A stretch of DNA of 45,023 bases, from NCBI GenBank assembly GCA_022703425.1, contig JAKLDQ010000004.1, positions 1 to 45,023 on the forward strand, read 5' to 3'. This document shows, piece by piece, positions 35,253 through 44,185 of the stretch; the first letter of the stretch is position 1, and the number at the start of each line of letters is the position of its first letter. A program made the translations under genes and the position numbers. The notes beneath the pieces were generated by a model. The model was given only the letters and a program-made list of their open reading frames with translations, ran no database searches and had not been told where the DNA came from. The stretch comes from Patescibacteria group bacterium. Its GTDB lineage: Bacteria; Patescibacteriota; Minisyncoccia; Minisyncoccales; Staskawiczbacteraceae.

Positions 35253-38200
35253 ATGACACCTATACAGAAAAAACTTTTGTTTTCCTTTTTGTTTCTGCCG
35301 GCTCTTTTTTTGCCTCTCATTGCTTTCGGCCTTGAAGCGTCATATCCTCCGATATTCGGAATGGCGATAACAAATGCTTCCAGCCTTCCGCAGTATTTCA
35401 AATATTTTTTTAATGCGGGAATTTTGCTTGCAGGATTTGCTGCGGTAATTGTTGTTGCGTTTGGAGGAGTTTATTATCTGGTTTCATATGGGAGGGGAAA
35501 ATTTACAAGCGAGGCAAAAGACTGGATAAAATCAGGCATTCTCGGATTACTAATTTTAGTTTGTTCATATCTCATTCTTTACACAATAAATCCAGACCTG
35601 GTTATATTAAAGATGGACGGACTTTTTTCTATTTCGTTAAATGCAGGCCTGTCAGACGATGATTCGTTTGGCGCAAAGAAAATTTTTTTTGATGAAATTC
35701 CAATCGGAACTTTAACTGAAAATGTCTTAACAAGAACGGTTGACTGTTATGATTTTGACGCAAACGGCGACCCCATCCCGGGAGTTGAGGTAAAAACTGA
35801 CAGCGGCCAAAAAGTCCGCGCGCCCACGCTTAGAAACCACGACAGGACAGATTGCATCTTGAAATTAACCGAAGCAGCAAATAAAAAGGCAGAGAAAATC
35901 GAAAAGCTTTCGCAGGAAGTGTCAAAATTAATGAGAGAATGCAACTGTTCAAACAACTGCACTTCAACTTGCAGCTGTCCAAAACCCACTTCAAAATACT
36001 GCACAGGCAACAGTAACAGTGATAAAGCACTTATTAAAAAATGTGAAGATGCCTGCAAAAAAACCCAGTGCAAGGGACCCTCTGAAACCGGCAGTTCCTG
36101 TCCGGCAGATATATATAAAAAAATAGAGCACGGCCCCATTCAGCTGGAGGTCGCCGGCGATCCGTGGACGGAAACCGAAGAAGGAAAATGCCCTCCGCCG
36201 AAAATGAAGGATTTCGCCGGCTTGGATGAGTTCAGGTGTCCCAACCCAAAAAATAATTCCAGATGCAACGATATTTCAACTCTGGTCGGAAGAAAGCATA
36301 AAATCGGAGGAGATGAAGTTCTTATTATTGATACTGAAACTTTTAAAAAGGAGCTGAATCTGATCCAGCAGCTAACTTTTTATTATGAAGAACTTAAAAG
36401 AATTTCTGATCAGATGAAAAAAGATTCTGAAGATTTGGAGCGCGCAGAACTGATGCTGAGCAACTGCAAGTTCGCAGATTCCTATATTGATTTTTTAAAA
36501 ACTTTTGAGAGATCGAATAAGCAATATGTACTTGCGCTCACGCAGCCGATATTTACTGATTCAGTAACAAATGAGCCGGTAAATATTTCCAATTATTGCA
36601 AAGGGTTCAGCTACTCAAATTCAACCTGCTTTACAACATGCCAGAAAATGTGTCCGGACGACAGCACGCAGGTTACAAGCTGTTATAAAAAATGCCAATG
36701 CGATCCGGAAGATGAAAATTGTCTCAAAGTCCAGTGGATGTGCGTACAAGATTGTTATAATTCCCGCCCGTGCAAAAGCGAAAACTTCGACGGAAATTTC
36801 AGCAATTGTATTATTGCTTGCAAAGAAGGATGTAAAAAAGATTGTGAAAAAATTTATCCCGAGTGCCACCCTGAACGTGAGAAATGCCTGGCAAGGTGCG
36901 CAGATGATTCCCGGTGTCTTCTTTATAACAACAATGAATCAAGGTGTGTGTTTGATCCCAAAAGCCTTGTTACCTGCTCGACGAACAGCAGCCAGAACAA
37001 CATGAAAGATTGTATTGATAACTCTTACACCTGCAAGTACGGGTCAAACCAAAATGCAGGATATCTTGAGTGCACAAACGGATGGGCAAACTGCAAAACA
37101 TACAGGGGAGAGCTTTATAATACCGAATTTTCCGCATCTTATTTATATAAAAATCCTTTTACACAAAGGTGTCCAAATGCTTACGAAGTGTGCGCATATT
37201 CCGATCCAAACTCAGAATCCGGTGTAAACCCGTTTATAAACAGAACATGCGAAGACACTTACCCCGAAGTTTATAAATGTCCGCCTTCTTCGGATTGTCC
37301 TGATTGCCCTTGCGGAGTTTCAGAAATAAGCCAGATGAATATAAAATATACGGATGAAATCGGAGAATGCGCAGGAGGAATGCCAAAGATACAGTGTACA
37401 GACGGCACTTTTGCCTGTTATTGCCCAGAAGAAGCTGCTTTGCCGCTGACGATTATATATCCTATGGATAAGTATGATTTTACAGACGTCTCTCCCAAAT
37501 GCGATCAATATGCATATAATGATGACCCCCTGACTTTCTATTGCCAGCAGTCTTGGTGGGAAAAATCCGAAGGTTCAGTTGATGCGCCCGTCGGAGACAA
37601 GGTACATTGCTCTGAAATGAGAGAAATCCCGGTAGGCAAGACCATTGATGATACGGAGTTGTGGGCGTCTGAAACTCTAAAAAGCATAGATAATTATATA
37701 AATAAAATAAAAGGATTAATCAATTACACTAAAGATATTGGCGACAGGATTAATAATAAATACAAGCCATATTGCTCGTGTGCCAGCGTATGCGACAGCG
37801 GAGACAAAATCTGCTTGTCAAAATGTAAATTTGAGTGCAAAGAAACCACCGAAACGACACCAGATGGAACAGTAACAAAGAAAAAAACTTCCAGCTGTGT
37901 TCTTGATGCGTGCAAAAACAATTCCTGCCAGCAAATGATTGATTTGCTTCTGGGAGGCGGAGGAGGAGAAGATGCTGTCTGTAAAAGCAAAAAAGAAGGG
38001 GTGGGAGAATTTGTCAGATATATGAAACAATATCAGTTGGATTTTAAGAAGACATTAACTTTAAAAAGAAGCGATATCTTAAAAGAGCTTACGTACTCAA
38101 GAGAATCGGTAAATAAGTGCAGCGTTGCCCAGGGGGAATATGGAAAAGATGAGGCCCGAATGTACAGCTGTGAAAGAGTAAAAGACGAAATTATGCCTCC

Positions 38201-38360
38201 GTTGAATGAAAACCGGACAGTTTTGGACACCGCAACAGGAATAGAATACATATCAAGATACTGCTACGGACAAGTAGCCGGAAAATATTTTAATGCACAA
38301 AACCAGCCATTGGCAGACAATTGGTTCTGCTGTAATACCTGGGAAAAAGAAAATGAATAA
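35253..38360 (+). CDS. VirB2/TrbC-type pilin domain fused to a giant cysteine-rich extracellular region
   Basis: Signal peptide, LEASYP, pilin hairpin (GGVYYLVSYG...AKDWI.SGILGL.I...SYLILYTINP), then about 900 aa holding about 70 Cys by manual count. Confidence 0.85.
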   Translation: MTPIQKKLLFSFLFLPALFLPLIAFGLEASYPPIFGMAITNASSLPQYFKYFFNAGILLAGFAAVIVVAFGGVYYLVSYGRGKFTSEAKDWIKSGILGLLILVCSYLILYTINPDLVILKMDGLFSISLNAGLSDDDSFGAKKIFFDEIPIGTLTENVLTRTVDCYDFDANGDPIPGVEVKTDSGQKVRAPTLRNHDRTDCILKLTEAANKKAEKIEKLSQEVSKLMRECNCSNNCTSTCSCPKPTSKYCTGNSNSDKALIKKCEDACKKTQCKGPSETGSSCPADIYKKIEHGPIQLEVAGDPWTETEEGKCPPPKMKDFAGLDEFRCPNPKNNSRCNDISTLVGRKHKIGGDEVLIIDTETFKKELNLIQQLTFYYEELKRISDQMKKDSEDLERAELMLSNCKFADSYIDFLKTFERSNKQYVLALTQPIFTDSVTNEPVNISNYCKGFSYSNSTCFTTCQKMCPDDSTQVTSCYKKCQCDPEDENCLKVQWMCVQDCYNSRPCKSENFDGNFSNCIIACKEGCKKDCEKIYPECHPEREKCLARCADDSRCLLYNNNESRCVFDPKSLVTCSTNSSQNNMKDCIDNSYTCKYGSNQNAGYLECTNGWANCKTYRGELYNTEFSASYLYKNPFTQRCPNAYEVCAYSDPNSESGVNPFINRTCEDTYPEVYKCPPSSDCPDCPCGVSEISQMNIKYTDEIGECAGGMPKIQCTDGTFACYCPEEAALPLTIIYPMDKYDFTDVSPKCDQYAYNDDPLTFYCQQSWWEKSEGSVDAPVGDKVHCSEMREIPVGKTIDDTELWASETLKSIDNYINKIKGLINYTKDIGDRINNKYKPYCSCASVCDSGDKICLSKCKFECKETTETTPDGTVTKKKTSSCVLDACKNNSCQQMIDLLLGGGGGEDAVCKSKKEGVGEFVRYMKQYQLDFKKTLTLKRSDILKELTYSRESVNKCSVAQGEYGKDEARMYSCERVKDEIMPPLNENRTVLDTATGIEYISRYCYGQVAGKYFNAQNQPLADNWFCCNTWEKENE

Positions 38361-39660
38361 AATAAAAAAATTTCGTTCGTCATTATTTTTAATTGGCCTG
38401 TTTTTTGCAGAATCCGCCCAGGCCTTTGAAGCCCGATATCCTTTTATTCCCGGCGTTGGAACGCTAAATCCAGACAGCGGAATCGGAGAATATATAAGTT
38501 ATTTTTTTGGAATTTTAATATACATCGGCGGGGCAATAGCTCTGGTTTCTTTTGCAATCGGCGGTGCACAATATATTATGTCCGGAGACAGTCCGGAAAA
38601 TTCTGGAAATGCAAAAGACCGGATGAAAGGTTCTATCCTTGGGCTGGTCCTGACGGTATCCTCATTTATCCTCATCAAAACAATCAACCCTGCAATGGCA
38701 ACACCGACAATTACCCCTCTGCCAAGCACAGGAGGTGTCTTTTTTACAAATGGATCTGTACTTAAACCGGCTCCCCTCAGGGAAAATAATATTGCCTCAA
38801 TACCTGTCGGTTACCATAATCTTGTTTACAAGTGTAATGAAAACGGTCCCGCTCTGCTTGTTTGGATATATCCAGACGTGGGACTGTCTGGCTTCGGCTC
38901 CGACGGGATAGACGGCGTTCAAATATTCAGAGTCGCTTGCGGGCAATCTCTTGCTTTGGGCGGATCGGGCTCTTACAAAATGGCCTTCGAAACTCCTGGA
39001 ATTTATTACTGTCTGGGAAATTGCCAAGGCCAATTCTGCACGGGATTTATGTCAGAGGCGAACCTGACAGACCAAAAAGAAATCCCAGAGGTTTTTAAAA
39101 ACAAAATCAGATCAATAAGAATAGTAAACGGATTCAGCAATGGAATAGCGCTAGGAGCAATTTTTCACCAGGACAAAGATTTTACCGGAACCTGCAGTAA
39201 CATGATCCCTCAAGATGCCCGGTTCAACTCACGCGAAAGCTACTGTATAGACGTGCTTCCTGAAACAACGGGCTCTGTAAATATTTTTAAATGGAATTAT
39301 AAATTGAATTCGGGAGACGGCGTTACTTTTTACAGCACGCCTCACGGATATAGAACAGGGTCTTATGCAGGATACAGATCTGTTGGCAATGATTTAATCA
39401 ATCCTGTTTATGTGATTAATCCTTCTGCAATTATTTTTGACTATACAAACGTTGATGTCCCTCCGGAAGTAAAACGCCAGTGTGTTTCTTTTGGTGATTG
39501 CCCCGGGTCTGTTGAAGTAAAAGGAAAATATCTGGTTGTTGTATCTGCCGCGGGCGGATATTGTGAGGTTTTTAACCAAAATATCTCGAACATGAAGGGC
39601 ACGAAGGTTGGCGCTCAGGGAAGGCAATTGGGCGATATTTATATTATTCCCGTCAGATAA
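38353..39660 (+). CDS. VirB2/TrbC-type pilin fused to beta-rich (beta/gamma-crystallin-like) domains
   Basis: Signal peptide ending AQA, FEARYP, pilin hairpin ending IKTINP; ATG 38353 overlaps the upstream stop and is preferred to 38293. Confidence 0.8.
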   Translation: MNKIKKFRSSLFLIGLFFAESAQAFEARYPFIPGVGTLNPDSGIGEYISYFFGILIYIGGAIALVSFAIGGAQYIMSGDSPENSGNAKDRMKGSILGLVLTVSSFILIKTINPAMATPTITPLPSTGGVFFTNGSVLKPAPLRENNIASIPVGYHNLVYKCNENGPALLVWIYPDVGLSGFGSDGIDGVQIFRVACGQSLALGGSGSYKMAFETPGIYYCLGNCQGQFCTGFMSEANLTDQKEIPEVFKNKIRSIRIVNGFSNGIALGAIFHQDKDFTGTCSNMIPQDARFNSRESYCIDVLPETTGSVNIFKWNYKLNSGDGVTFYSTPHGYRTGSYAGYRSVGNDLINPVYVINPSAIIFDYTNVDVPPEVKRQCVSFGDCPGSVEVKGKYLVVVSAAGGYCEVFNQNISNMKGTKVGAQGRQLGDIYIIPVR

Positions 39661-40790
39661 TGGAAAACAGGCAATTATTATTTTTTTTAATTGCACTCTT
39701 TCTGCTTTTACCAAACAGCGCCTTTTTATTTTCCGCCGGACTTGAAATAAATTATCCTACACTTTCAAGCGGTTCCCATATAGATGCTCTTACCAACCTG
39801 CCGGAATATATGAGATATGTCTTTGATTTTGCGATGTTTGTGGGATTTTTTTCTGTTTTTTTATCGCTTGTCTGGGCAGGTGTTCTTTGGATTATGTCTC
39901 CTGCAAAAGCAAGTTTTTTAGCAGAAGCAAAAGACAGGATTATGGGTGCTTTTTCGGGTCTGCTTTTGCTTGTTCTGCTTTATCTGATTGTCGTTACAAT
40001 CAATCCTCAACTTGCCTTTTTTAACCGTACGGGAATTAATCAGGACGAAATAGGCCGAGACGACAGCAGAGCACCGGGTGTTTATTTTTTTGTCGGCAGA
40101 GGCTGCCCCTTCCGAGCAGAAAATCCTTATGTAAAAATGACCAGCATTCCGGATTTTGGAGAAATAAACAACCGAATAAACTCCGTTTATATCCAGCAAA
40201 AAAATATCTCTTTTATTTCGGTTTTATTTGACAGTGAGAACTTTTACGGCAGATGCCAATATATAGATCCAAACAGGGGATGCAGCAATGTTGCCCCTTT
40301 TGCAGGTTCTGCGTCCATATATAATTTTAATTACGGATACAGCGGATTAGGAGTAATATTTTATAGAAAAGCTTTTTTTGACGATGAGGGCGGATATTAT
40401 ATGGTAAAAGACAATCAGATAAAGGGAAAAATTTTAATTTTAGATTTGAGGACGATGGATTACAGAGATCCGAGGTCTGGCGAATGCACAGTGCCGGAAA
40501 AAGAAAGGGACTGCACATCATGGGACAACCAGGGAAATTGTTTGACGAGAAAATGCCCTTCCGTATACCGTAATTTGACTTCGATAGAATTGAAAGGCAA
40601 TTATTTTGTATTGCTTGTTTACTATGATGAAAAAAATGATACTCCCGCAGGTCCCTGGTCATTTTGCCAGGCGTTCCCCACAAAAGATGACGTTAACAGA
40701 GATGGTCCAGTCCAGATAAAATGGGAAAATGTAAACAATGTTGGGATGACTCCCAATTTTGCGTTAATTATCCCCGTAACTCAAAAATAA
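39660..40790 (+). CDS. VirB2/TrbC-type pilin fused to beta/gamma-crystallin-like domains; paralogue of the preceding gene
   Basis: LEINYP, AKDRIMGAFSGLLL...VTINP; TAATG overlap with the upstream gene. Confidence 0.8.
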   Translation: MENRQLLFFLIALFLLLPNSAFLFSAGLEINYPTLSSGSHIDALTNLPEYMRYVFDFAMFVGFFSVFLSLVWAGVLWIMSPAKASFLAEAKDRIMGAFSGLLLLVLLYLIVVTINPQLAFFNRTGINQDEIGRDDSRAPGVYFFVGRGCPFRAENPYVKMTSIPDFGEINNRINSVYIQQKNISFISVLFDSENFYGRCQYIDPNRGCSNVAPFAGSASIYNFNYGYSGLGVIFYRKAFFDDEGGYYMVKDNQIKGKILILDLRTMDYRDPRSGECTVPEKERDCTSWDNQGNCLTRKCPSVYRNLTSIELKGNYFVLLVYYDEKNDTPAGPWSFCQAFPTKDDVNRDGPVQIKWENVNNVGMTPNFALIIPVTQK

Positions 40791-40823
40791 AACAAAACCG
40801 CTTAAGGAGCGGTTTTGTTTTAT
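40787..40823. terminator. Bidirectional terminator separating the pilin operon from the jag operon
   Basis: 16-bp stem ATAAAACAAAACCGCT-TAAGG-AGCGGTTTTGTTTTAT overlapping both stop codons. Confidence 0.85.
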
Positions 40824-41296
40824 TTGGGTTTTATAACAATATGGCGGTAAGCCCCCATCCCTGAGCTTTCAGTGGAAATATCCGTTCTGCCAGCAAGTTC
40901 TGAATGTATAACTCGTCTTTCGTAGGCAGACATAGGCGAGAGAACTCTCTCTTCTCTTGTGAGAGAAACCTCGTCTGCAAGGTCTTTTGCCAGATCTTTT
41001 AAATACTCAACTTTTTTCTTTTTGTATTCGTTTATATCCAGGCTTAAATGGAATATTTTCTGGATTTTTTTATTTAAAATCGTTCTCATCAGCCTCTGAA
41101 TTTCAGAAAGAGTCTGCCCCTTTTCCCCTATTAATATCTGCGGCTCTTCAAAAGTCGCAGAAATCACCACAATGTCTCCTTCTGGAGATTCTCCCTTCTC
41201 ATGTTCAACCTCAATTCTTTTTGGAGGCAAAGTCATCAACTGAAAAAATTCTTCAGCAGAATTTTTTATTTTTTTAATGTCGTTTTGGTCTATCAT
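40820..41296 (-). CDS. jag: Jag/KhpB-like RNA-binding protein (KH plus R3H), lacking the Jag N-terminal domain
   Basis: ILIGEKGQTL..IQ, LDINEYK, PMSAYERRVIH (R3H); downstream of yidC. Confidence 0.88.
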   Translation of the reverse strand: MIDQNDIKKIKNSAEEFFQLMTLPPKRIEVEHEKGESPEGDIVVISATFEEPQILIGEKGQTLSEIQRLMRTILNKKIQKIFHLSLDINEYKKKKVEYLKDLAKDLADEVSLTREERVLSPMSAYERRVIHSELAGRTDISTESSGMGAYRHIVIKPK

Positions 41297-41297
41297 A

Positions 41298-42023
41298 TTA
41301 GGCAGTTTTAATTCCGGTCTTTTTTAAAATAAAATATTGCTGAATAATTGAAAATATTCCGCTGGTAATCCAATACAATCCGATAGCAGAGGGAAGACTT
41401 ATTAAAATGATAATCGTCAAAAACGGAAAGAAGTAAAGCATCTGTGTTTGCATCATCTGTGTAATTTCCGATTCCTTGTTTTCTGTTTTGACTCGTTTTG
41501 GCGTCATCATTTTAGTCTGGAAATATTGAAGCACTCCGGCTAAAACGGCAAAAATCCAATTTGGCTTTGACAAATCAATAAGACCGATAAATACCGCGCT
41601 TATATTTACCGGATTTGCAATAAAAGCATATAAATGGACCAGTTCACTGGATTCCAACCCTTTCCAAAAAACACGGTAAAGGGCAATTAAAACAGGAAAT
41701 TGGATGATCGCCAGAAAGAGACCCGAAAAAGGATTAATCTTTTCTTTTTTATATAGTTCAAGGGTTTCTTTCGCCTGTTTTTCTTTATCATCTTTGTATT
41801 TCTTTTGTATTTCCTGAAGTTTTGGCTGGAGATCCTGCAGAATCTTCTGTGATTTAAATGCCTTAACCGATATCGGATAAAGAATAAATCTTATGAGAAT
41901 TGTAAGTACAATTATTGCAATTCCAAAGTCATGACCGGGAAGATAATTGTACAATAAAACCAAAGCGTTAAATAAGGGCTGATAAAGAGCCAAGTCGAAT
42001 ATTTTTATAAGAAATTCAAACAT
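41298..42023 (-). CDS. yidC: YidC/Oxa1 membrane protein insertase (short form)
   Basis: FGIAIIVLTILIRFILYP, LQPKLQEIQKKYK, INPFSG, LPSAIGLYWIT. Confidence 0.95.
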   Translation of the reverse strand: MFEFLIKIFDLALYQPLFNALVLLYNYLPGHDFGIAIIVLTILIRFILYPISVKAFKSQKILQDLQPKLQEIQKKYKDDKEKQAKETLELYKKEKINPFSGLFLAIIQFPVLIALYRVFWKGLESSELVHLYAFIANPVNISAVFIGLIDLSKPNWIFAVLAGVLQYFQTKMMTPKRVKTENKESEITQMMQTQMLYFFPFLTIIILISLPSAIGLYWITSGIFSIIQQYFILKKTGIKTA

Positions 42024-42361
42024 TAGATAATTTTAGCTTTTTTAAGCAAATCTTTTAAGGCCTCTTTTGTTTCCGAAAAATCTGCCTCCTCCAATGGTTT
42101 TAATCCGATAATTATCACATCTAATCCCTTTTTAACTATTGAAAGACTCTGCTCGACAACCGATCTCATCCTCCTTTTTATTTTATTTCTCTTTACAGCT
42201 TTTTTAGAAACCTTTTGGCCTACAACAAACCCGAAGCGGCTGTCAGCGTCGCTGTTTTTAGACGACAAAAGAACAAAAAGCTTATTTTTTATACCTTTGC
42301 TTTTTTTAAAAGTCCTTTCGAAGTCCTTTTTCTTTTTTAGCCTGTTTTTTGAGGGCAACAC
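42023..42361 (-). CDS. rnpA: Ribonuclease P protein component
   Basis: RFGFVVGQKVSKKAVKRNKIKRRMR (RNR motif); GTG start. Confidence 0.95.
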   Translation of the reverse strand: MLPSKNRLKKKKDFERTFKKSKGIKNKLFVLLSSKNSDADSRFGFVVGQKVSKKAVKRNKIKRRMRSVVEQSLSIVKKGLDVIIIGLKPLEEADFSETKEALKDLLKKAKII

Positions 42362-42373
42362 ATTAAAAGCTAA

Positions 42374-42508
42374 TTATACTGTCAGCTTCTTTCTTCCTTT
42401 TCTCCGCCTGTTCCTTAAAACAGCCTTTCCGGTCCTGGTTGTTTTTCTTCTCAAAAAGCCGTGCGTGCGATTCCTTTTTTTCTTTTTGGGTTTATAAGTG
42501 AAACTCAT
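42374..42508 (-). CDS. rpmH: 50S ribosomal protein L34 (absent from the ORF track, 44 aa)
   Basis: Manual translation [44 protein letters not shown]; canonical position upstream of rnpA. Confidence 0.97.
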   Translation of the reverse strand: MSFTYKPKKKKRNRTHGFLRRKTTRTGKAVLRNRRRKGRKKLTV

Positions 42509-42664
42509 TGTATATTAAATTTTAACTAGTATAATATAGTTAGTATATCCGAAAAACGGCCAAATTACAAGTTAAAAAATCAGATGATAAAAAAAGAAAA
42601 TTGGGCTAAATTACAATTTTCTTTTTTTGCTATTGTGCGTCTGAATTTAACAGGTAAACACAAG

Positions 42665-42781
42665 TTATCCACAGTTTAATAACAGAAGTGGATATTTTAG
42701 CTTTATTTGACAAAGCCGCTTAGAAAATTAAAAATAAAGTCTAACAGCCGTTTTTTCCTCAAAAAAGACTGATTTTCCACA
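42665..42781. promoter_or_regulatory. DnaA boxes upstream of dnaA
   Basis: Perfect TTATCCACA at 42665-42673; TTTTCCACA at 42773-42781; a weaker reverse box near 42687. Confidence 0.75.
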
Positions 42782-42829
42782 GAAAATTCACAATAAAGGT
42801 TAATATAAATCCTTAAAAAGCAACATATT

Positions 42830-44185
42830 ATGGAAAATAATGAGCTCTGGCAATCGGTACTGGCGCAGATGCAATTTCATATTTCTAAAGCGAATTTTGC
42901 CACATGGTTTCAAAATACGGAAATTATTGAAAAAAACAATGACCATGTCGTTATTTCTGTTCCAAATGCTTTTTCAAAAGAATGGCTAAGCAATAAGTAC
43001 AATAAGCTCATTTTAAAAACCATAAGAGATCTGGATAATAATATAAAAGACCTGGAATTTATTATTAAGCCACAGGCTACAAAACAGGTTTCAAAACCTC
43101 TGCCGGAGAATGAAAGAATTGAAACAGAACAGTTAAAATTCGAAGAATTTAAAGCCAATAAGGAAACAAATTTAAACCCCCGCTACACTTTTGATAATTT
43201 TGTCGTCGGATCATTTAATGAATTAGCACATGCAGCCGCGTTGGCCGTTTCAGAAAATCCGGGAATGACATACAATCCGTTTTTCATCTACGGCGGAGTA
43301 GGGCTTGGAAAAACACATTTAATACAAGCCATAGGCAATAAAGTCGCTGATAACCCAAAAAAGAAAAAGGTAAAATATATCTCTTCTGAAAAATTTGTTT
43401 CTAGTATTGTTTCAGCTATCAGAAGCAATAACATGGAAACATTTAAGGCCAGCCTGGCTCCGATTGACCTGCTTATTATAGATGACATCCAGTTTATAGC
43501 GGGAAAAAATAAAAGCCAGGAGGAGTTTTTTCATGTTTTTAATTCTTTGTATGAAAAGAACAAACAGATAATTCTTTCTTCAGACCGTCCGCCAAATGCT
43601 ATTCCCGAATTAGAAGACAGGTTGAGATCGCGCTTTGAAGGCGGAATGATTGCCGACGTTAGCCTTCCCGATTACGAAACCAGACTTGTTATATTAAAAA
43701 CAAAGATGCAGGAAAAAAATGTTGAGCTTCCTGATGATATTTTGGATTATATTGCAACAAACGTCAAAAAAAATATCCGCGAACTTGAAGGAGCTTTAAA
43801 CCGCTTACTGATATTTAACAAAATTAATAATTCCACTCCAAATATCGAAACAGCTAAAAAACTTTTGAAAGGATTTGTATCTTCCCCTTTTGATGTGGCA
43901 AACTATAAAAAAATAATTGAGGCTGTTTCAAAATTTTATAATCTCGAGGAAAAAAGCCTTTTTGATCCCACCAGAAGGAAGGAAATAGTAAAACCAAGGC
44001 AAGTGGCTATGTTTTTTATGAGAAGGGAATTAAAATATTCTTTTCCCGCCATTGCCAGGAAATTTGGGGGAAAAGACCACACAACAGCTATTTATGCATA
44101 TAAAAAAATACTCCAAGAAAGCGAGGAAAATAATAAACTCACTGATGAGCTCAATCTAATAAAACAGAGGATATATAGTGGATAA
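42830..44185 (+). CDS. dnaA: Chromosomal replication initiator DnaA
   Basis: LNPRYTFDNFVVG, YNPFFIYGGVGLGKTHL, LLIIDDIQF, RLRSRFEGG, FGGKDHTT. Confidence 0.98.
   Translation: MENNELWQSVLAQMQFHISKANFATWFQNTEIIEKNNDHVVISVPNAFSKEWLSNKYNKLILKTIRDLDNNIKDLEFIIKPQATKQVSKPLPENERIETEQLKFEEFKANKETNLNPRYTFDNFVVGSFNELAHAAALAVSENPGMTYNPFFIYGGVGLGKTHLIQAIGNKVADNPKKKKVKYISSEKFVSSIVSAIRSNNMETFKASLAPIDLLIIDDIQFIAGKNKSQEEFFHVFNSLYEKNKQIILSSDRPPNAIPELEDRLRSRFEGGMIADVSLPDYETRLVILKTKMQEKNVELPDDILDYIATNVKKNIRELEGALNRLLIFNKINNSTPNIETAKKLLKGFVSSPFDVANYKKIIEAVSKFYNLEEKSLFDPTRRKEIVKPRQVAMFFMRRELKYSFPAIARKFGGKDHTTAIYAYKKILQESEENNKLTDELNLIKQRIYSG

Noticed and set aside
28288-40790. Integrative conjugative element or prophage
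   Set aside because: No integrase, relaxase, VirD4, oriT-like structure, att repeats or phage genes in the window, and the flanks are core genes. Elements elsewhere in the genome cannot be excluded.
35253-40790. Diversity-generating retroelement targeting the pilin cargo
   Set aside because: No reverse transcriptase and no near-identical template/variable repeat pair differing at adenines was seen; the paralogues are diverged throughout.
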